Below are positions 34,095 through 47,189 of a stretch of 64,000 nucleotides of DNA, piece after piece (positions within the stretch are counted from its first letter, which is position 1; every line of letters starts with the position of its first letter). The stretch is from Entomortierella parvispora E1425. Lineage: Eukaryota > Fungi > Mortierellomycota. The notes below the pieces were generated by a model. That model searched no databases and was not told where the DNA came from. It saw only the letters and a list, made by a program, of their open reading frames with translations. The position numbers and the translations under genes were made by a program. Location of the stretch: assembly GCA_020891255.1 (NCBI GenBank), contig BQFW01000010.1, forward strand, positions 496,001 to 560,000, given 5' to 3'.

Positions 34095-37000
34095 TTATGA
34101 CTGAATGTTGAGTCCACCAGCCTTCTCAGCTCCGAGGGTCTTTTCTTCCATTCGCATCAATTCAGCCACGAATCCAATGTTGGGGCACATGCATGGCCGT
34201 TGGGTGAGAACATGCTTGTATGCCTTGTTCAAAGGCCAATGCAGCTGTGTGATTAAGTACGCGATCGTAGCGGTCACGGAGCGGGATTTTCCCGCCTTGC
34301 AATGGACATAGATGGGCGAATCCTTGGAGGCTGCTATAAGGTGAATTAACAACAAGAGGCTGGGTTAGTTTCATAGCCGTAGTAGCAATGTAGCACAGCA
34401 AAAAAAAAAAAAAAAAAAAAAAAGACTGACAATAAAACACATACCAATAATGTCAACTGCTTGAGAGAGGCCAGCAGAGACATCTGCCTCAATGTGATCA
34501 TAGACACCGACTTTGTGGTACTGGAACTTGGACTGTTGATGCGACGACACCAAAAGATCCTCACACTCTGTGGCCATGTTCAGGATCCTCTTGACGCCCA
34601 ATCGCTCAAGAGTCTGGACCTGGTCGGCATTCACAATTTCAGGTCCAAGGTAGAGAAACCCGGGCAGGATACAGGAAATCTCCTGTTCGCCATCATCAAA
34701 GTTCTCCTCGTCCAGTGGGGCGTCCTGTTGCTTATGACCGTGAAGGGAGTCCGAGGACGAGTAGGTGCTCATAGAGCGATCCCTCTGAACTCGGCCCTGC
34801 TGAAGCTCCTGAGCAGTATACTCTGAAGAAGGATAGTGCTGTGAAATCGAAGTCGAATGTTTGAACATTCGATTGTTGTACTCTTGGTAAAAGTCTTGAC
34901 TGATTTGACTACTGTTGAAGCTGTTGAGAGATGGGTGATGAAACTCATCTTCGTCTTCCTCACGGACGCTAACAGTTGAAGAGTTGATTCCATGTACCGA
35001 ATTCAAGGTTCTGAGAGAGGAAATGGATGGCTTCGTGTTCAGAGGCAACATCGAAACCATACCTCCAGCAGGAGTTACAGTCGACAGAGGGAACTGAGCA
35101 CTGCCGTTGATCGAATTGGAGTCGGCAGACCAACAGCTGCTTGCTGTATGCTCTGTTGAGGCAGAATGAGCAATTTCCATCGAATGGTTGCTGACAGTCG
35201 ACATGGCAGGAGAAAGGGCAGGAGTTGCAACAGATATCGAAGACGAAGCAGAAGTAGAAGGCACGGTCAGCCAGCTGCCGCCTTTTTGCTGAGAATGATG
35301 CTGCTGCTGTTGCCGTTGAAGGTTAAGCTGCGTGTTGACGGCAGGGATGGTCAGAGGCTTCAGGTTGACGGTCTGCGATCGGTTCAAGCCAGCAGGACGC
35401 TGAAGGGATTTCGTGTTGAGTGAAAACAAGCTCTCACGACGTGCCGGTGTCCTCTGCTTGGGAACAAAGGCCACTGAGGTGTTGATCGCCAAGAGCGATG
35501 GCTTCCTGCCGATGCCTGAGGGTTGCTGTTGCTGGTCCTTGGCAGTCGTCATCTCTACATCCTGGTCGCTATTTTGGGTCGATATAGGCCCCAGGCTGGG
35601 AGACGACGAAGGAGAGGCAGTCAAAGTCGAGGAAAGCATTCCTGGACGAACAAGGAACTTCTCGCCCGCATCCCAAGCGTGGAAGGCGTCAAAGCCACCC
35701 TCGATATACCAGACACGAATAGCAGCACCTCCGAAGCAGCCCTGACCACAGCCCCGCTCCAGAACATTCAAAAGCGTCCATGCAGCAGTCGCAGATCGAC
35801 CGTACTCTTCGGACCCTGCGCGCATGTCCTGATCCAGAACAATGACATCATGACGTTCCTCCGTTGGTGCGCCCCGCCAGCTGTCAAGGATCTGATGGTA
35901 CAGATCCTTGTCGGAAGGCATCGTTATAAAGGACTCGAGTGCAAAGGAAGAGATGGGTCCTCCGCGTCTGTAACGCCTCATCAACAATGTCGGCAAATTA
36001 ATATTGATCGACTGCATGATAGAGACTGGGTAAAATTCTGGGTGGGGCCGCAGATCCAGGATCAAGGGGCGGTGCCGTGAGCCAGCACTGACACCAGCTC
36101 CTTGATTGGCTTGCTGAAGCATATTGGCGAGCTTAGCCGCAGACATGGCTGAGGCTGGAAAAGGCGTCGTCTCTGATTCTTCCGGAGAGGAGATCTTGCC
36201 CTGTACGCCGCTGCTGAGGTATGACATCGAAGAAGGGGAAGATGAGAGCGAGCTCGATGAAGAAGTGGGCGAGCAAGAGAAAGGCGAGGATGGTGAGGAG
36301 GAGGTGACGGGCGATGTGGGCACGAAAGACATGGATGGAGGAGACAAAGTGGACACTGAGGGTGGGGAACAGGATAAAGGAAGCGATGGCCGCGATGGAG
36401 AGACGGGTGTAGCGAGAATGGTGGTCAGGGTTGGGGGTGAGAGTCGTCTTTGTGAAGGCATGTCCTGGTCTGCGTCTGCGTTTGTATCTGCTACGGTTGT
36501 TGGCGGTGCGATGGTGAGGAACAATGGTTGATGGGAGGTGTGTTCAAAGGTCGATGAACCAGCAGTCGATCCTTGGGCGAGTTGTGACTTTGTGGGGAAA
36601 GATAACGAAGAAGGCGTCGGTGGCGACAATGAAGGTGAGGAAGATGATGTTCCTGGTTGTCCTGGAGCAGAGATCATTTCTACATCCGCATCCATGGCGG
36701 AGGATGAGAGTGGCTGAGGAGAAAGGGAGGCAAGCCCCAGGATGGATCCTGATCCCGATCCTAATGCTGGCACTGGCACCGACACTGATTTCGTTGTTGT
36801 TGGTGAGGATGGTGATGATGAAGGCGGTGGCGAAGGTGTACGTGAGGAGGCCATGGCTGCAGCAGCTCTTGCTGCATTCATTGAGTTCCTTCCATAGTAG
36901 TACTTTTGCAAAGAGACGCGTTTCGAGGGCGATTTGCCGGGCGATGTGGAGTGGTGGACTGAAGCATAGGCGTCATAATGGTAAGCGGAGGGAGGGGTGA

Positions 37001-37860
37001 GCATGAAGGTGGTGGAGTGGTAGGGAGAAACGACATCGTGTGCTGAAGGGGCGCCATTGCCGCCATTCTTCTTGGCAAGGACGCCTTTGATATGACTAGA
37101 GCGAGGCCATGTCCGCCTTGGGGGCGAGAGTGAGCCCGAGGGCAGCCCTGCTGAAGAAGAGGAAGAGGAGGGTCGCTTGGCTAAGATATGACGGAGGTGG
37201 ACAGGAGATAGATGGACAAACAAGAAAGCACAGCATGTCGCGGTTAGCCATGGGGGGCAATCATCCAATGTTTTGGTGGCAACCAAAAAAAGACCAAATT
37301 GGCGGGAAAATAAGACGAGACACGGTGGAAAAATGTGCGATTGGTGCGTGGTGACTGAGTTGGAGCGAGTGTGTGTGGTTCCTATTCCTGGACAGACAGG
37401 GGACGATGTATAGATGGGATGGAGGGATTGATGGGCTGGGCTGCTATTTATATCTCCCTCTCTCGTCCCTTCTGGGGATTGTCTGTCGGTCTGTGTGTCC
37501 TTGTTCTCTCTCTGCTACTGTGGAGGAGGAAAGATGGGATGATGGTGATGGAGATGGGGATGATAGGAGGGACTCACCTTGCTGCTGCTGCTGTTGTTGA
37601 TGTTGTTGCCGCTGACTGGCATACATCTGTGTCCGTGCCAAGCGCTCGTGGTAGCAACAGTGGCTGCGTTGTGTCGTCTTTTCTTTGCTGGTTGTGGTCG
37701 AGGCCAAGGGGCGGTCGCAGGTGCATGTGTTGACGGAATGGGCACTGCAGGGTGATTCAGGTGAGGACGGGGACGAAGGGTGGTCGTCGACCGGACTTTG
37801 CTGTGACGAAGACCAGCAGCAAAGAGCATGCTGGAGCGACGTTGCCATGTTGTCAAGCAT
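34095..37860 (-). CDS. Rhodanese-domain dual-specificity (MAPK-type) phosphatase, paralog 1, 3 exons
   Basis: LILDLRPHPEF...WYIEGGFDAF (rhodanese/KIM), ISCILPGFLYLG and HCKAGKSRS. The first exon MLDNMATSLQHALCCW ends in a GTGAGT donor. Confidence 0.9.
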
Positions 37861-40800
37861 GAATGTATATAAGGAGCAAGGCGGTGTGCGCTGGTCGAAT
37901 CAATGAATGCTTGTGGTGGTGGGTATTGAAGAGAGGGCTTGAATGCAAAGGCTGTGAATGTCGTGAGTGTTGAAGAGTCAGAAGCAGTAAGGTGCAACAG
38001 AGTCAAGTCGTCAGTGTCCGTGTGTATGAGTAAAGTGTGGAGGAGGAACGAGCGAGAAGGGGAGAGTCAAGGTGGAAGACGTGCTGGAGAATGAATGAAC
38101 AGAGGAAATGACCGAGGCAAAGAATGAGGGTATCTCGTGGAGTGAATGCAGGAATGAGAGTGCGAGTGTGAATGCAAAGAAAGAGATCAGAATGAAGGAA
38201 AAAGAGTGAAGACAAGAAGGAGCTGGAGGGAAAAGGCGTAAAACAGTCTGAACGCTCTCTCCTTCCACGTCCGAGCTTGACACACCCTGGCAGCCCAACA
38301 AAGGGTCTATTCTATGTTGGATCGATTGAATGCGTTTTGTTATTGTCCTGCACTCTACTCTTTGAGGAGGGTCATGTCGAGTTGGACACCTGCAGGTCCA
38401 CTCCAGATCGACCTTTATTTTCTTGACTCAGGGAGGCAGTGCGCCCCTTCTGTCATTGTTGCTGTTGATGATGATGTTGTTCTTGTTGTTTATTTGTTTG
38501 CAAAGGGCCTTGTTGAAGGAATGAAATTGGGGGGAGAGAGACAATCTTTCCACCGTCCTGGTCTTCCAGCCATGCTATGTCATTCCATGCTTTGCTCTCT
38601 CCTCAAGAACGGAGAAAAAGGATCCTCTTTCTTCTCTCTCTCTCCTCGCTCGTCATCTTTGGAACAAAGGAGCTGATATGAACAAGCATGCATGCTCGAC
38701 ATTCCTGTCCCTTTTCTCTCTCTCTCTCTCTATCTCGAGGCAACAAGAATCTTCCCTTTCACGCCTTTGTTTTCTATCCTTTGTTCGCTGCAGTGCTCAT
38801 GGCCACCACCATGCTCATTTGAATTAAGCAGCGCCCCTTCCGCGATTTAATTGCAAGGAATGACATCCACTAGCCCAACCCCTGCTGGACTCTCAAACAG
38901 AGCAGTAGGGTTGGCGCCTAACTCTTTTGTTTTTCCTTCTCTGCTGTGAGCCAACCGCGTCCGAAATCGTAATAAGAAAAAAAAAAGGCAGGCACAAAGA
39001 GGGAATCAGGTTCAGGGCTCTCTCTTGACGACCGGCGATGATGAGTATTTGAACCCTGCCTTCCAAAGACAAACACGGCCTAGCCAAGCCAGGCTGGGCG
39101 AGAAAGAAAATGACCTTCGCAGCAGCAGAGGAGAAGGGTTGGGCAGCATGGTTGCACAAAGAACCTTATCCATTGGTAAAAATAAACATTTGCGTTTCGA
39201 CACCTCGAAAGCCCTTCACTCAATCTCATTCAACCCTGACCACTATAAAAATAGAATATTTTTTGCGCCCAGGCAGGTCCAGCTCTCCCCAGTGGCACGC
39301 TTTCGTCTCTTTGTTGTTGAATGGTGGTGATGATTCTTTGCTTCTGGACTCTTGCTTGGAGGTCTGTTCCGTCTATGTGCTGCTGAGAGTTCCCTTGAGC
39401 CATCCTCAGAGCGACTGCAATCTGACATCATCCTTGTTTTTGTCCACCAGACATGTCCTCTTTGGAACCGTTCTCACCATTGCTGTGCTAAATCGGCTTG
39501 CTTGCCACAGCAGCAGATGCGTCGCGAATTCACCACACGCGACAATTCAAGAGGCCCAACGTGTCATGTTCATAATTGTATTTACGCCCAACCATAGACA
39601 CAACGACCCAACAGCCTCTGTGCTTACTATACCATCCACACTGACTGATTCCTCTAATCTCGCTAGAAACCCTGGCTGTCTCGACCTTTGTCAAGCGAGA
39701 CGGGTGACCCGACACTGTTGGTTTTTCCATGAACTGAGTAATAAAGCTTGAGTTCCCGGATCGTTTGGGGTCTGTCTCCTATCGCCTTTTGAACTTGCGC
39801 CAGCTTGGTCTTCCGCAGACCGAGTGACTGAGAGAACGCGCTCTTTCATTATTTTTCTGTTCTTTTTTCGCTCACTTTTTTCTACAACCCCCCTGGTCTG
39901 GCGCCTGTCTTTGTCTTTGAGAGCCTCTTTTTTTTTCGAGAAACAAAGTTAATTGCTTCCCTGCTGCTGGGTTCTTTTTCTGTGTTGTCCTGAATATGTC
40001 TCTGCCGTGTGTTAAGCAAACTGAGCAGCTTTCAATTGAAACGCCCATCTCGGCCATGTTTTTCAACATGCGAGTGACAAAACAAAAACAAAAAAAAACA
40101 AAAAAGTGAACGGTCCCACTCAAAAAGGTCCGATCGGTCCCTGACCAAATGCTAACCAAAAACAGAGGTTCAAAAAGCGAAAGAGCGTTGGCGTCAGGGG
40201 TGTCAGGGTACAATTTGAGCCGTATGAATATCATCTCCTGAAGTCTCAATTGCCACCAGAGCGCGCGTTTTACCCGCCTCTGTTAGGCTACTTTTGGTGG
40301 AGTGCACAAATATGAGGGTACTGGAAGATCTACCATGCCTTGATGAAGGCTAAGCCTTGTATCGCGTTTGTGGCGGGTCTTGACAAGCTCCACTCTCTAT
40401 AGTACCTATCAGGTCCATCAAGTCTACCTTCCGCCAATTTTTGTACGGTAGTGTCCCCGGCCACTCTCCGCTTTCTATATCAAAACATTGCTATAATGGC
40501 CCCACTCCGGGAAGGGCATTCAGTCGGAGAGTTTGCACACTTGGTCGAAATTCCTGCCCACCAGAGAACTCGTCTGTCTCCTTTACTCCAGTAATCTCTA
40601 TTAATGTCTTGAAACTCTACTGAATAATTACAAGTTTCCATGGCGATGATGAGCGCATTGGAATGCGAGCAGTGAGGCTGGCTTGAGCGGTCGTGGAGAA
40701 GTCAAGCAGAAGTCAACTCCTAGACGTACGACGAGCATGATTCATGGAACATCGTAAAAAGCGAACTGAAGACGAGAAGGTCTCTTGAGGTTTATCTTAC

Positions 40801-41261
40801 AACACTAGGCCGCCCTTCAAGCTTTGGGACTTCTGGATGAGGACAGGCTCGAAAACAGGCTCGAAGAGCAGAGAGGGTGGGGCTTATTGGTGATGACTCT
40901 AATATGATCCCGGAAGCCTGTACCTCATAGTTGTAACCATCCTCCCAAACTCGAATCCTAGCTCGGTACCCGTATCGATGCTGTCCTTGCAGTCACCAAA
41001 CGGATAAAAGAACACGTCCACAGGACTCGTACTCTGCTGATGTCCGCCGGCGCTCTCCTGCACGCGCCAGCGAGGCAAAACCTGAGAAACGTGGGCAAGA
41101 GTTTTGGGGCAGTGAGCTCGCAGCAAGGCTGCTCTCCAGGCGTGCAGGCAGCTTGCATCGCACCATTGCTGCACAGCCCAGGAGAGATAAACAACAACGG
41201 AGGCTCTCTTGCCCTAATCTGAGCATCTCTCGATCCATTCCATTCCTCGCATCGTCGTTCC

Positions 41262-42320
41262 ATGCCCCATTGTGCCACCTTCTTTGACACGCCTGAGCTC
41301 GCCAGTATCGTCTCTTTACTCCTAGACAAAGCAGACTTGGCACGACTGTGCCGGACCAGCAGGTCCCTTAGGAGCATTTTCAGTCCCCTCCTCTGGCGCC
41401 ATTATACCATTAGCAATCACAATCTCTCGGGGGATGAGACACTTGCGTTGCTGGAGCATTCGCATGTCTTACGTGTACTTGAAATAATCGATCCTATTAC
41501 CTCCAATGACCCCGATATCTTGGCTCTGGCGGAAGGTCTCCACCTGGCACCTACCTCCCAATTAACCCACCTCACTCTCCGCAAAAACGAGAGCTTTTTC
41601 TCCAGTTACTCATCCATAAGCGGGGCACTCTTTCGGTCTGTGTTCTCTCTCCTGCGGTATAATCACTCGCTGAGAGAACTGAACCTGGCGACACGCCTGG
41701 TTCTCGATTCTGCAGATCAATTCCTTGAAGCGTTCCTGGCCCTGAAACAGCTCGAGTCCTTAAGAATAGAGATGATTTCCTTGTCACCTACTTTCCCTAC
41801 TGCCCTCAACATGACTGTAACCTTGATCGATCGACATCCGCGTCTAGAACACATTCTGTTTGGAGATTGGGTCGGCAGTGTGGATATTGCGGATTGGCTT
41901 CAGCTTGACTATGAGGACTCGGAGGACGAAGATCCCTTTCCAGGAAGGAATTGTATTGCCAGCGAAGAAGAAATAATGGAGGCAATTGCGAAGCGCATTG
42001 TTAAGGAAGGAACCCATCACGCCAGCGATGTCATCAAGCATCGACAAGTGAGAACGATCGAGTTACCGCCACGCCAGCAGCGTCCCTATCCGATGTCGTT
42101 TCTAAAGATCTTATTTGGAGAGGGACGCTTCCCAAACCTGAGCAAGTTGTTACTGCCGAATGCTGTATTAGCTACCATCTCACTGGAGACTCTTCGTGTA
42201 GGATGCCCAAGACTAAGAAGCATGGTCACCCATTCAATAAGGAGAGGATCTGCCCACGTGGGGATTCAACGCTTCTCTTCTGTTGTCACAGTGACGGACA
42301 AACCCGAAAGCGGCCAATAA
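41262..42320 (+). CDS. F-box-like / LRR protein
   Basis: FFDTPELASIVSLLLDKADLARLCRTSRSLRSIFSPLLWR followed by LRR-like motifs. Confidence 0.7.
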   Translation: MPHCATFFDTPELASIVSLLLDKADLARLCRTSRSLRSIFSPLLWRHYTISNHNLSGDETLALLEHSHVLRVLEIIDPITSNDPDILALAEGLHLAPTSQLTHLTLRKNESFFSSYSSISGALFRSVFSLLRYNHSLRELNLATRLVLDSADQFLEAFLALKQLESLRIEMISLSPTFPTALNMTVTLIDRHPRLEHILFGDWVGSVDIADWLQLDYEDSEDEDPFPGRNCIASEEEIMEAIAKRIVKEGTHHASDVIKHRQVRTIELPPRQQRPYPMSFLKILFGEGRFPNLSKLLLPNAVLATISLETLRVGCPRLRSMVTHSIRRGSAHVGIQRFSSVVTVTDKPESGQ

Positions 42321-42440
42321 AACGCATTGCATCTGGGGTCCTTGCGCGTGCATCAGGTGCGAGCAAAAGCAACAGCGTCACATTTTTTTTCCCCCTTTCT
42401 CTTCACTCTCTGCCTTTCCCGAACTGACTCTAACGCAACG

Positions 42441-43373
42441 ATGCAGGACAATAGCACCAAAACGAACAACGGTGACAAGGCGTCTAGTCAACTGTCTATC
42501 CGACTCTATACCCATAATATCCGCTATGCAACCTCGTATCCCTTCAAGAACGAGCTTCCGTGGGTGAAACGAGCTCCTCTCGTCATCCGCTCCATCCGTT
42601 TCCACACTCTGCACAACCCTGAAGCCCTCATCTGTCTCCAGGAGGTCCTCCACAATCAACTCCTTGACATTCTCGAAGGACTTGGACCGGAGTGGGCCCA
42701 TGTTGGTGTCGGTAGAGATGATGGAAACAAAGCTGGAGAGTACTCGCCGATTCTCTTTCGATGCTGTGTGTGGTGTGTCCAAAGCTACGAGACCATCTGG
42801 CTGTCACCAACACCAGAGACCCCCTCCAGAGGTTGGGATGCTTCCAACAAGCGAATACTGACATCCGCCCTCTTGCGCCACTGGGAGTCTGGTCAGAGTG
42901 TCTTGGCTCTGAATACGCATTTGGATGATCAAGGGACAAAGTCCAGACTCGAGAGTGCAAAGATCATCATTGCTCATATCGCGAGCCGACAGCAACAATT
43001 CCGCTCCAGTCAGCAAAAGCAGCAGGAGCAATCAGAGCAGGGGCAACAGGAACCGCTGTGCAAGCTTCCAACCTTTCTGGCTGGCGACTTTAACAGTACA
43101 CCGGATGAAGAGGCTTACCTGCTGTTGGCGACAGAGGAATCCCCGCTGCTAGATATGATGTCCACCGTGGGAAAGTCGGAGCGGTATGGGCACGAGAACA
43201 CGTTCACGGGATTTGAGAATCGGCCTGTGGATCAAAAACGGATCGATTTTTTGTTTTTGAGCAAACAGTGTTGGCACGTCCAGGGGTATGGAGTCCTGGA
43301 GACCAAGTTTGAGGATGGAGTGTACAGCAGTGACCACCGTCCAGTTGTGGGTGATGTTGCCCTCCCTCTCTAG
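42441..43373 (+). CDS. Endonuclease/exonuclease/phosphatase (EEP) family protein, intronless
   Basis: THNIRY, CLQEV, NTHLD, LAGDFN, RIDF and SDHRPV motifs. Confidence 0.9.
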   Translation: MQDNSTKTNNGDKASSQLSIRLYTHNIRYATSYPFKNELPWVKRAPLVIRSIRFHTLHNPEALICLQEVLHNQLLDILEGLGPEWAHVGVGRDDGNKAGEYSPILFRCCVWCVQSYETIWLSPTPETPSRGWDASNKRILTSALLRHWESGQSVLALNTHLDDQGTKSRLESAKIIIAHIASRQQQFRSSQQKQQEQSEQGQQEPLCKLPTFLAGDFNSTPDEEAYLLLATEESPLLDMMSTVGKSERYGHENTFTGFENRPVDQKRIDFLFLSKQCWHVQGYGVLETKFEDGVYSSDHRPVVGDVALPL

Positions 43374-43869
43374 TCGTCTCAAAACACAGCAGTGAACTTC
43401 GTCTGAAAGAACAAGAAAGAATAAAGCAAAGTCCAGTTGCACAGACCTCCCTCCTTTAGTATCGACTTTTGTGTCTCATGCAAACTTTGCCTTCGGCCAG
43501 CCTCTTCTGCGGGTGCAGGACGCGCGCCCACAGCACGAAGGTAAAATCACTGCTTCGTTGTAGAGGAGTCCACTTTATTCTGGTCTACCTGGAGACTCCT
43601 GTCCAAAAGTCGACCCTTGGACCATGTCTAGTCTTGGCACTGAACACAGAGACATAAGAGGCTTTGTACCGTCCTCTTCCCGCGCTGTTGACCTAGGCCA
43701 TTTTTTGGCAAGCAAGTCTTTTTTTTTTTTTTTTTTTTTTTTGGTATAAGATCAGCTTCTTTCCCTTTCTTCTCTCCCCATTCCCACCCTCTCTCTTCAC
43801 CAGTATACTCTATTTACTCTATTGTCACTAGCAGACTCTACAGACACAGACACAGACACATACCCACCC

Positions 43870-45459
43870 ATGGATGAGAGCAATGAACACACGAGTCTCG
43901 TTCGATCCAACGGCGCTTTGAATGGTGCCAACCAGAACTCAACGAACAACGGCTACAACACGAGAAATGGACATCATCACTGCAATAGTCACAATCAGCC
44001 GCGCACGCGTGCGGCTACTGGCGATGGATTTGTTCGGCGAGATCCGCGGACGCTGCTGACCCAGGTCCAAAGGAGCCTTGCTTTCTTTCAGGACTGGGCA
44101 GCCGACTTCCTTCATGGAAAAGAAGACTCGGCTATTGTCAGCTGGGTGCAAAGCGCTCGGGTCGCCAAAACGTTCATGATGATCATCAACGTTCTACTTG
44201 CAGTGGGTCTTTTGTTTTCGTTTGCATTTGTTTAGCTCGATGGACAGACCGCATGGTGATTCCCACACTTACGTACGATCTCGCTGATAGATCTCGGCCT
44301 TTGTGCTGATCGGTGTTGAATCGTTAGAGATGGTGCTTCGTGAACCCATCCTGGACTACTTGCTTCCTGAGAGTGAAATCACATTCTTGGCTGCTGGTCT
44401 AACGATTGTGGCCTGCGCCTTTGGGCTCGCGGTCGGTTACAATCTCTTGGTGGAAGAGGACACCCCCGGCAAGAAAGATGATGGCGACGGTCAGCAAGAC
44501 AGAGGCAACTCAGGGCAGAATGGAAGGGATCCAGAACCTCCTAGCCCACCACACCCTACCTCCCGCATGGTTGGACAAAGTAGTAACCCTGCTTTGATCG
44601 CTCAGCGAACGATAGCACGTCCGAGAATCATGTTCACAAAGGCATCAGTCAACCTCTTGCTTGGCTATGTCGTTCTTATGACTGTACTTCTTGTTGTTTT
44701 TACGATCACGATTGTTCAACGGTCGAACCACCTCTCTAAGGTATTTTTGCTACGTTTAGAGGATTTTGATAACGATCCTGTACTCACCAAACCCCTTGGT
44801 ATTACTCTTCCAACAATAAGTCGAATGATGAGATATTCAATGCATGGGGTGTAGCATTTAAGCAGCGTACTCTTATCGGCGACTTTCAGCTCCGTCACCA
44901 TTGCTGTGGATTCAACAACGTTAGAGACCGATCTTATCCTCCTTACCACCAGAATCCCGATCCTGGAGATCCTGCCAACCTTCCTTGTCCTATAAACCCC
45001 AGGTTTGAGTTTCAGGAACCTTGCAAAGACCTGCTCACCAAGGATTTTTGGCGCTGGCAAAATGGGATCCAGCATCTCTTGCTTGTTCAGCTGACCATGT
45101 TGGTAAGATTCGCAAACACTTTGTCGTCGATTGCCCATGGCAAAACCTGAGATCGGGGTGAACTGATTGCTGCATCTCCTTTGAACCTCTAGGTGTCATT
45201 ATTGTTACTAGCTATGGGACTTTCTGGGATTGGATTGTCAGAACTTAAAGAAAGGAAGCATCAGGACCTTGAGGACACAGAGGCACAGAGGCAGGGTACT
45301 AACTCAACTCCAACAGGGGCTGCAAGAAGGGAGGAATATGCCTCCGAGCGGCCACTGTTATTGGAGAACGAGTCCAGTCGCAGTGGAAACGGGTCTCTGC
45401 TGATCGATATCGCGAGTGAGCCTTCGAGGACACCTGTGGAGCAAGATACTCTGATCTGA
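43870..45459 (+). CDS. Tetraspanin-like membrane protein, multi-exon
   Basis: Four hydrophobic segments across the exons, with LRHHCCGF (CCG motif at 44902) plus further Cys in the large loop. Confidence 0.65.
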
Positions 45460-45589
45460 TGAAGATGCCGCTACGATGAGAAATAAAAACTGGGTTGCAC
45501 AGATTTGTGGTTCCAGCAGAGCTGCTCTTGCTTTCATGTATGACTTGGTTTATTCGAGTTGGCGATAGATCTGGGGTTTGCACATCTTA

Positions 45590-46780
45590 TTACATGCCAA
45601 CAGCACGCTCCCGTCGGCTGTGGTCATCTGTTGGGGCCGCATCCCATTCATCATCGTCCACAGCAGAGTCTTTCTCATCATCTGTATCATGAACACCCCC
45701 AGCTCGGCGGCGGTGCTGCTCCATTAACTTTGAACTAAAAGACAGGTCAGTTTCCTTGGGATGTGTCTCTTCAGTGTCAGTGGAAGTGGTTGCACCCTTC
45801 ATGGTAAAGATGCGCCCCTGCTTGTTATCTTCCAAGCCATCATCCCGCTCTCCAGCGCCAGTACCACCAGGAGCTATACCGCTCGATATGATTTGAGAGT
45901 CTCTTCCTTCGTGACCCTCACTGAGGTCCTTGGTCTCAGCAGCATCTGGATGTTCATAATCGCGATGGTGGACCGGAATGTTTCGGAAAGAGCCGTCATC
46001 CTTGTGCACATCCTGAGCATCCTCGGCCTCCTTGTGTGCGACCGCAATCGGATCAGCAGCTTGAACCACAAAGCGGCCGTTTCTGAATTTTGGCAGTGTG
46101 TTGCCTCCTCCTCCAGCAGGGGCGCTAGTATGGCTGGTATGTTCATCTTCTTGCTTCTTCTCTTCTTCCTTTTTATCTTTTTCCTCCTCGTGTTTCTTGC
46201 TAGAGCTCGATGTAGAAGACGCGGCCTTAAGAAACGGAGCGTGCGATCCTTCATCCAATGACCGTGGTGAACGCAGTTTGCCATAGTTATCTGCCGCCGA
46301 AAATACTTTGGGAGAGGAGGAGGAAGGCGAGGATATACCGGCCAAAGAGCCGACCTTGGTACGGTCGCCCATGATGGATCGGTGAATTCCAGAGACAGAC
46401 GGCTTAGGAGCCGAGGTTGTATGTTTGAAGGAGAGAGAGTCCGAGGTCAGGGAATGTTTGGGCATGGGCACATGGTCCTTGCAGACCAGGACCTTGACAG
46501 GCCTGCCTGTCATCCCGTCCAATTCTGCACCCTCCAAAGCTGCGACTTGAAAGTTTCGCAGTGTCAGAGATGTGTTGCAGTTGGGGGCCATACACTGAAA
46601 GAGTAATGAACGAACAAAAGATTGTTAGAGTTGATTTTTTACTTTCATTCATTGCACCTTGTTCGTAAGGTGGTCTTATACCTTGAAGCAGGGACGATGG
46701 TACCAGCTCCCCTCGACTTCCATCTTTTCATTAACATAGACAGTTTTTTTGCAATTGCCACAGGGTCGCGTTGACATCAT
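45590..46780 (-). CDS. LIM-domain protein with a charged low-complexity tail, 2 exons
   Basis: CGNCKKTVYVNEKMEVEGSWYHRPCFK|CMAPNCNTSLTLRNF...VCKDH. Confidence 0.85.
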
Positions 46781-47189
46781 CCTTGCTCCAGACGTGTAAA
46801 GTGTAAGTGGAGCTGGTCAGAATGATAGATTGTGATCAAAGTGGATAGAAGCGACAGATCTTGGAGGGTAAGGCTATTATTGTATGTATGACTGACAGGA
46901 CACAGAAAGCGGTTACTTTTTAACGTCCACTCCTGTTTTTTATACCTTCCCTCCCCTACCCCTACCCCTACCCTTCCTTTCTTTCACATTTGTCTCGGCC
47001 GCTATTCTGTTTGATCCCAGATCCCTCAAAATTATGAAAGAAAAGCTGAAATCATTCTGCCTCACCCCAAAAGCTCCAGATTTCTACAAACCGCAGTTTC
47101 TGGAATGTCGAAATTAATTGGAGATGTGCGCGCTGGGGAGTGGTGGTTAAGAGCTGGCGAATAAAGTCAATGATGGTAAGTGAAGGCTT

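Noticed and set aside
39322-39430. GTGATGA...CTGA as a C/D snoRNA upstream of DSP1
   Set aside because: No recognisable rRNA guide or second copy was found, and such boxes occur by chance.
38000-41200. Short ORFs in the 3-kb interval upstream of DSP1
   Set aside because: No domain signal or consistent exon structure was seen, so it is treated as regulatory or intergenic.
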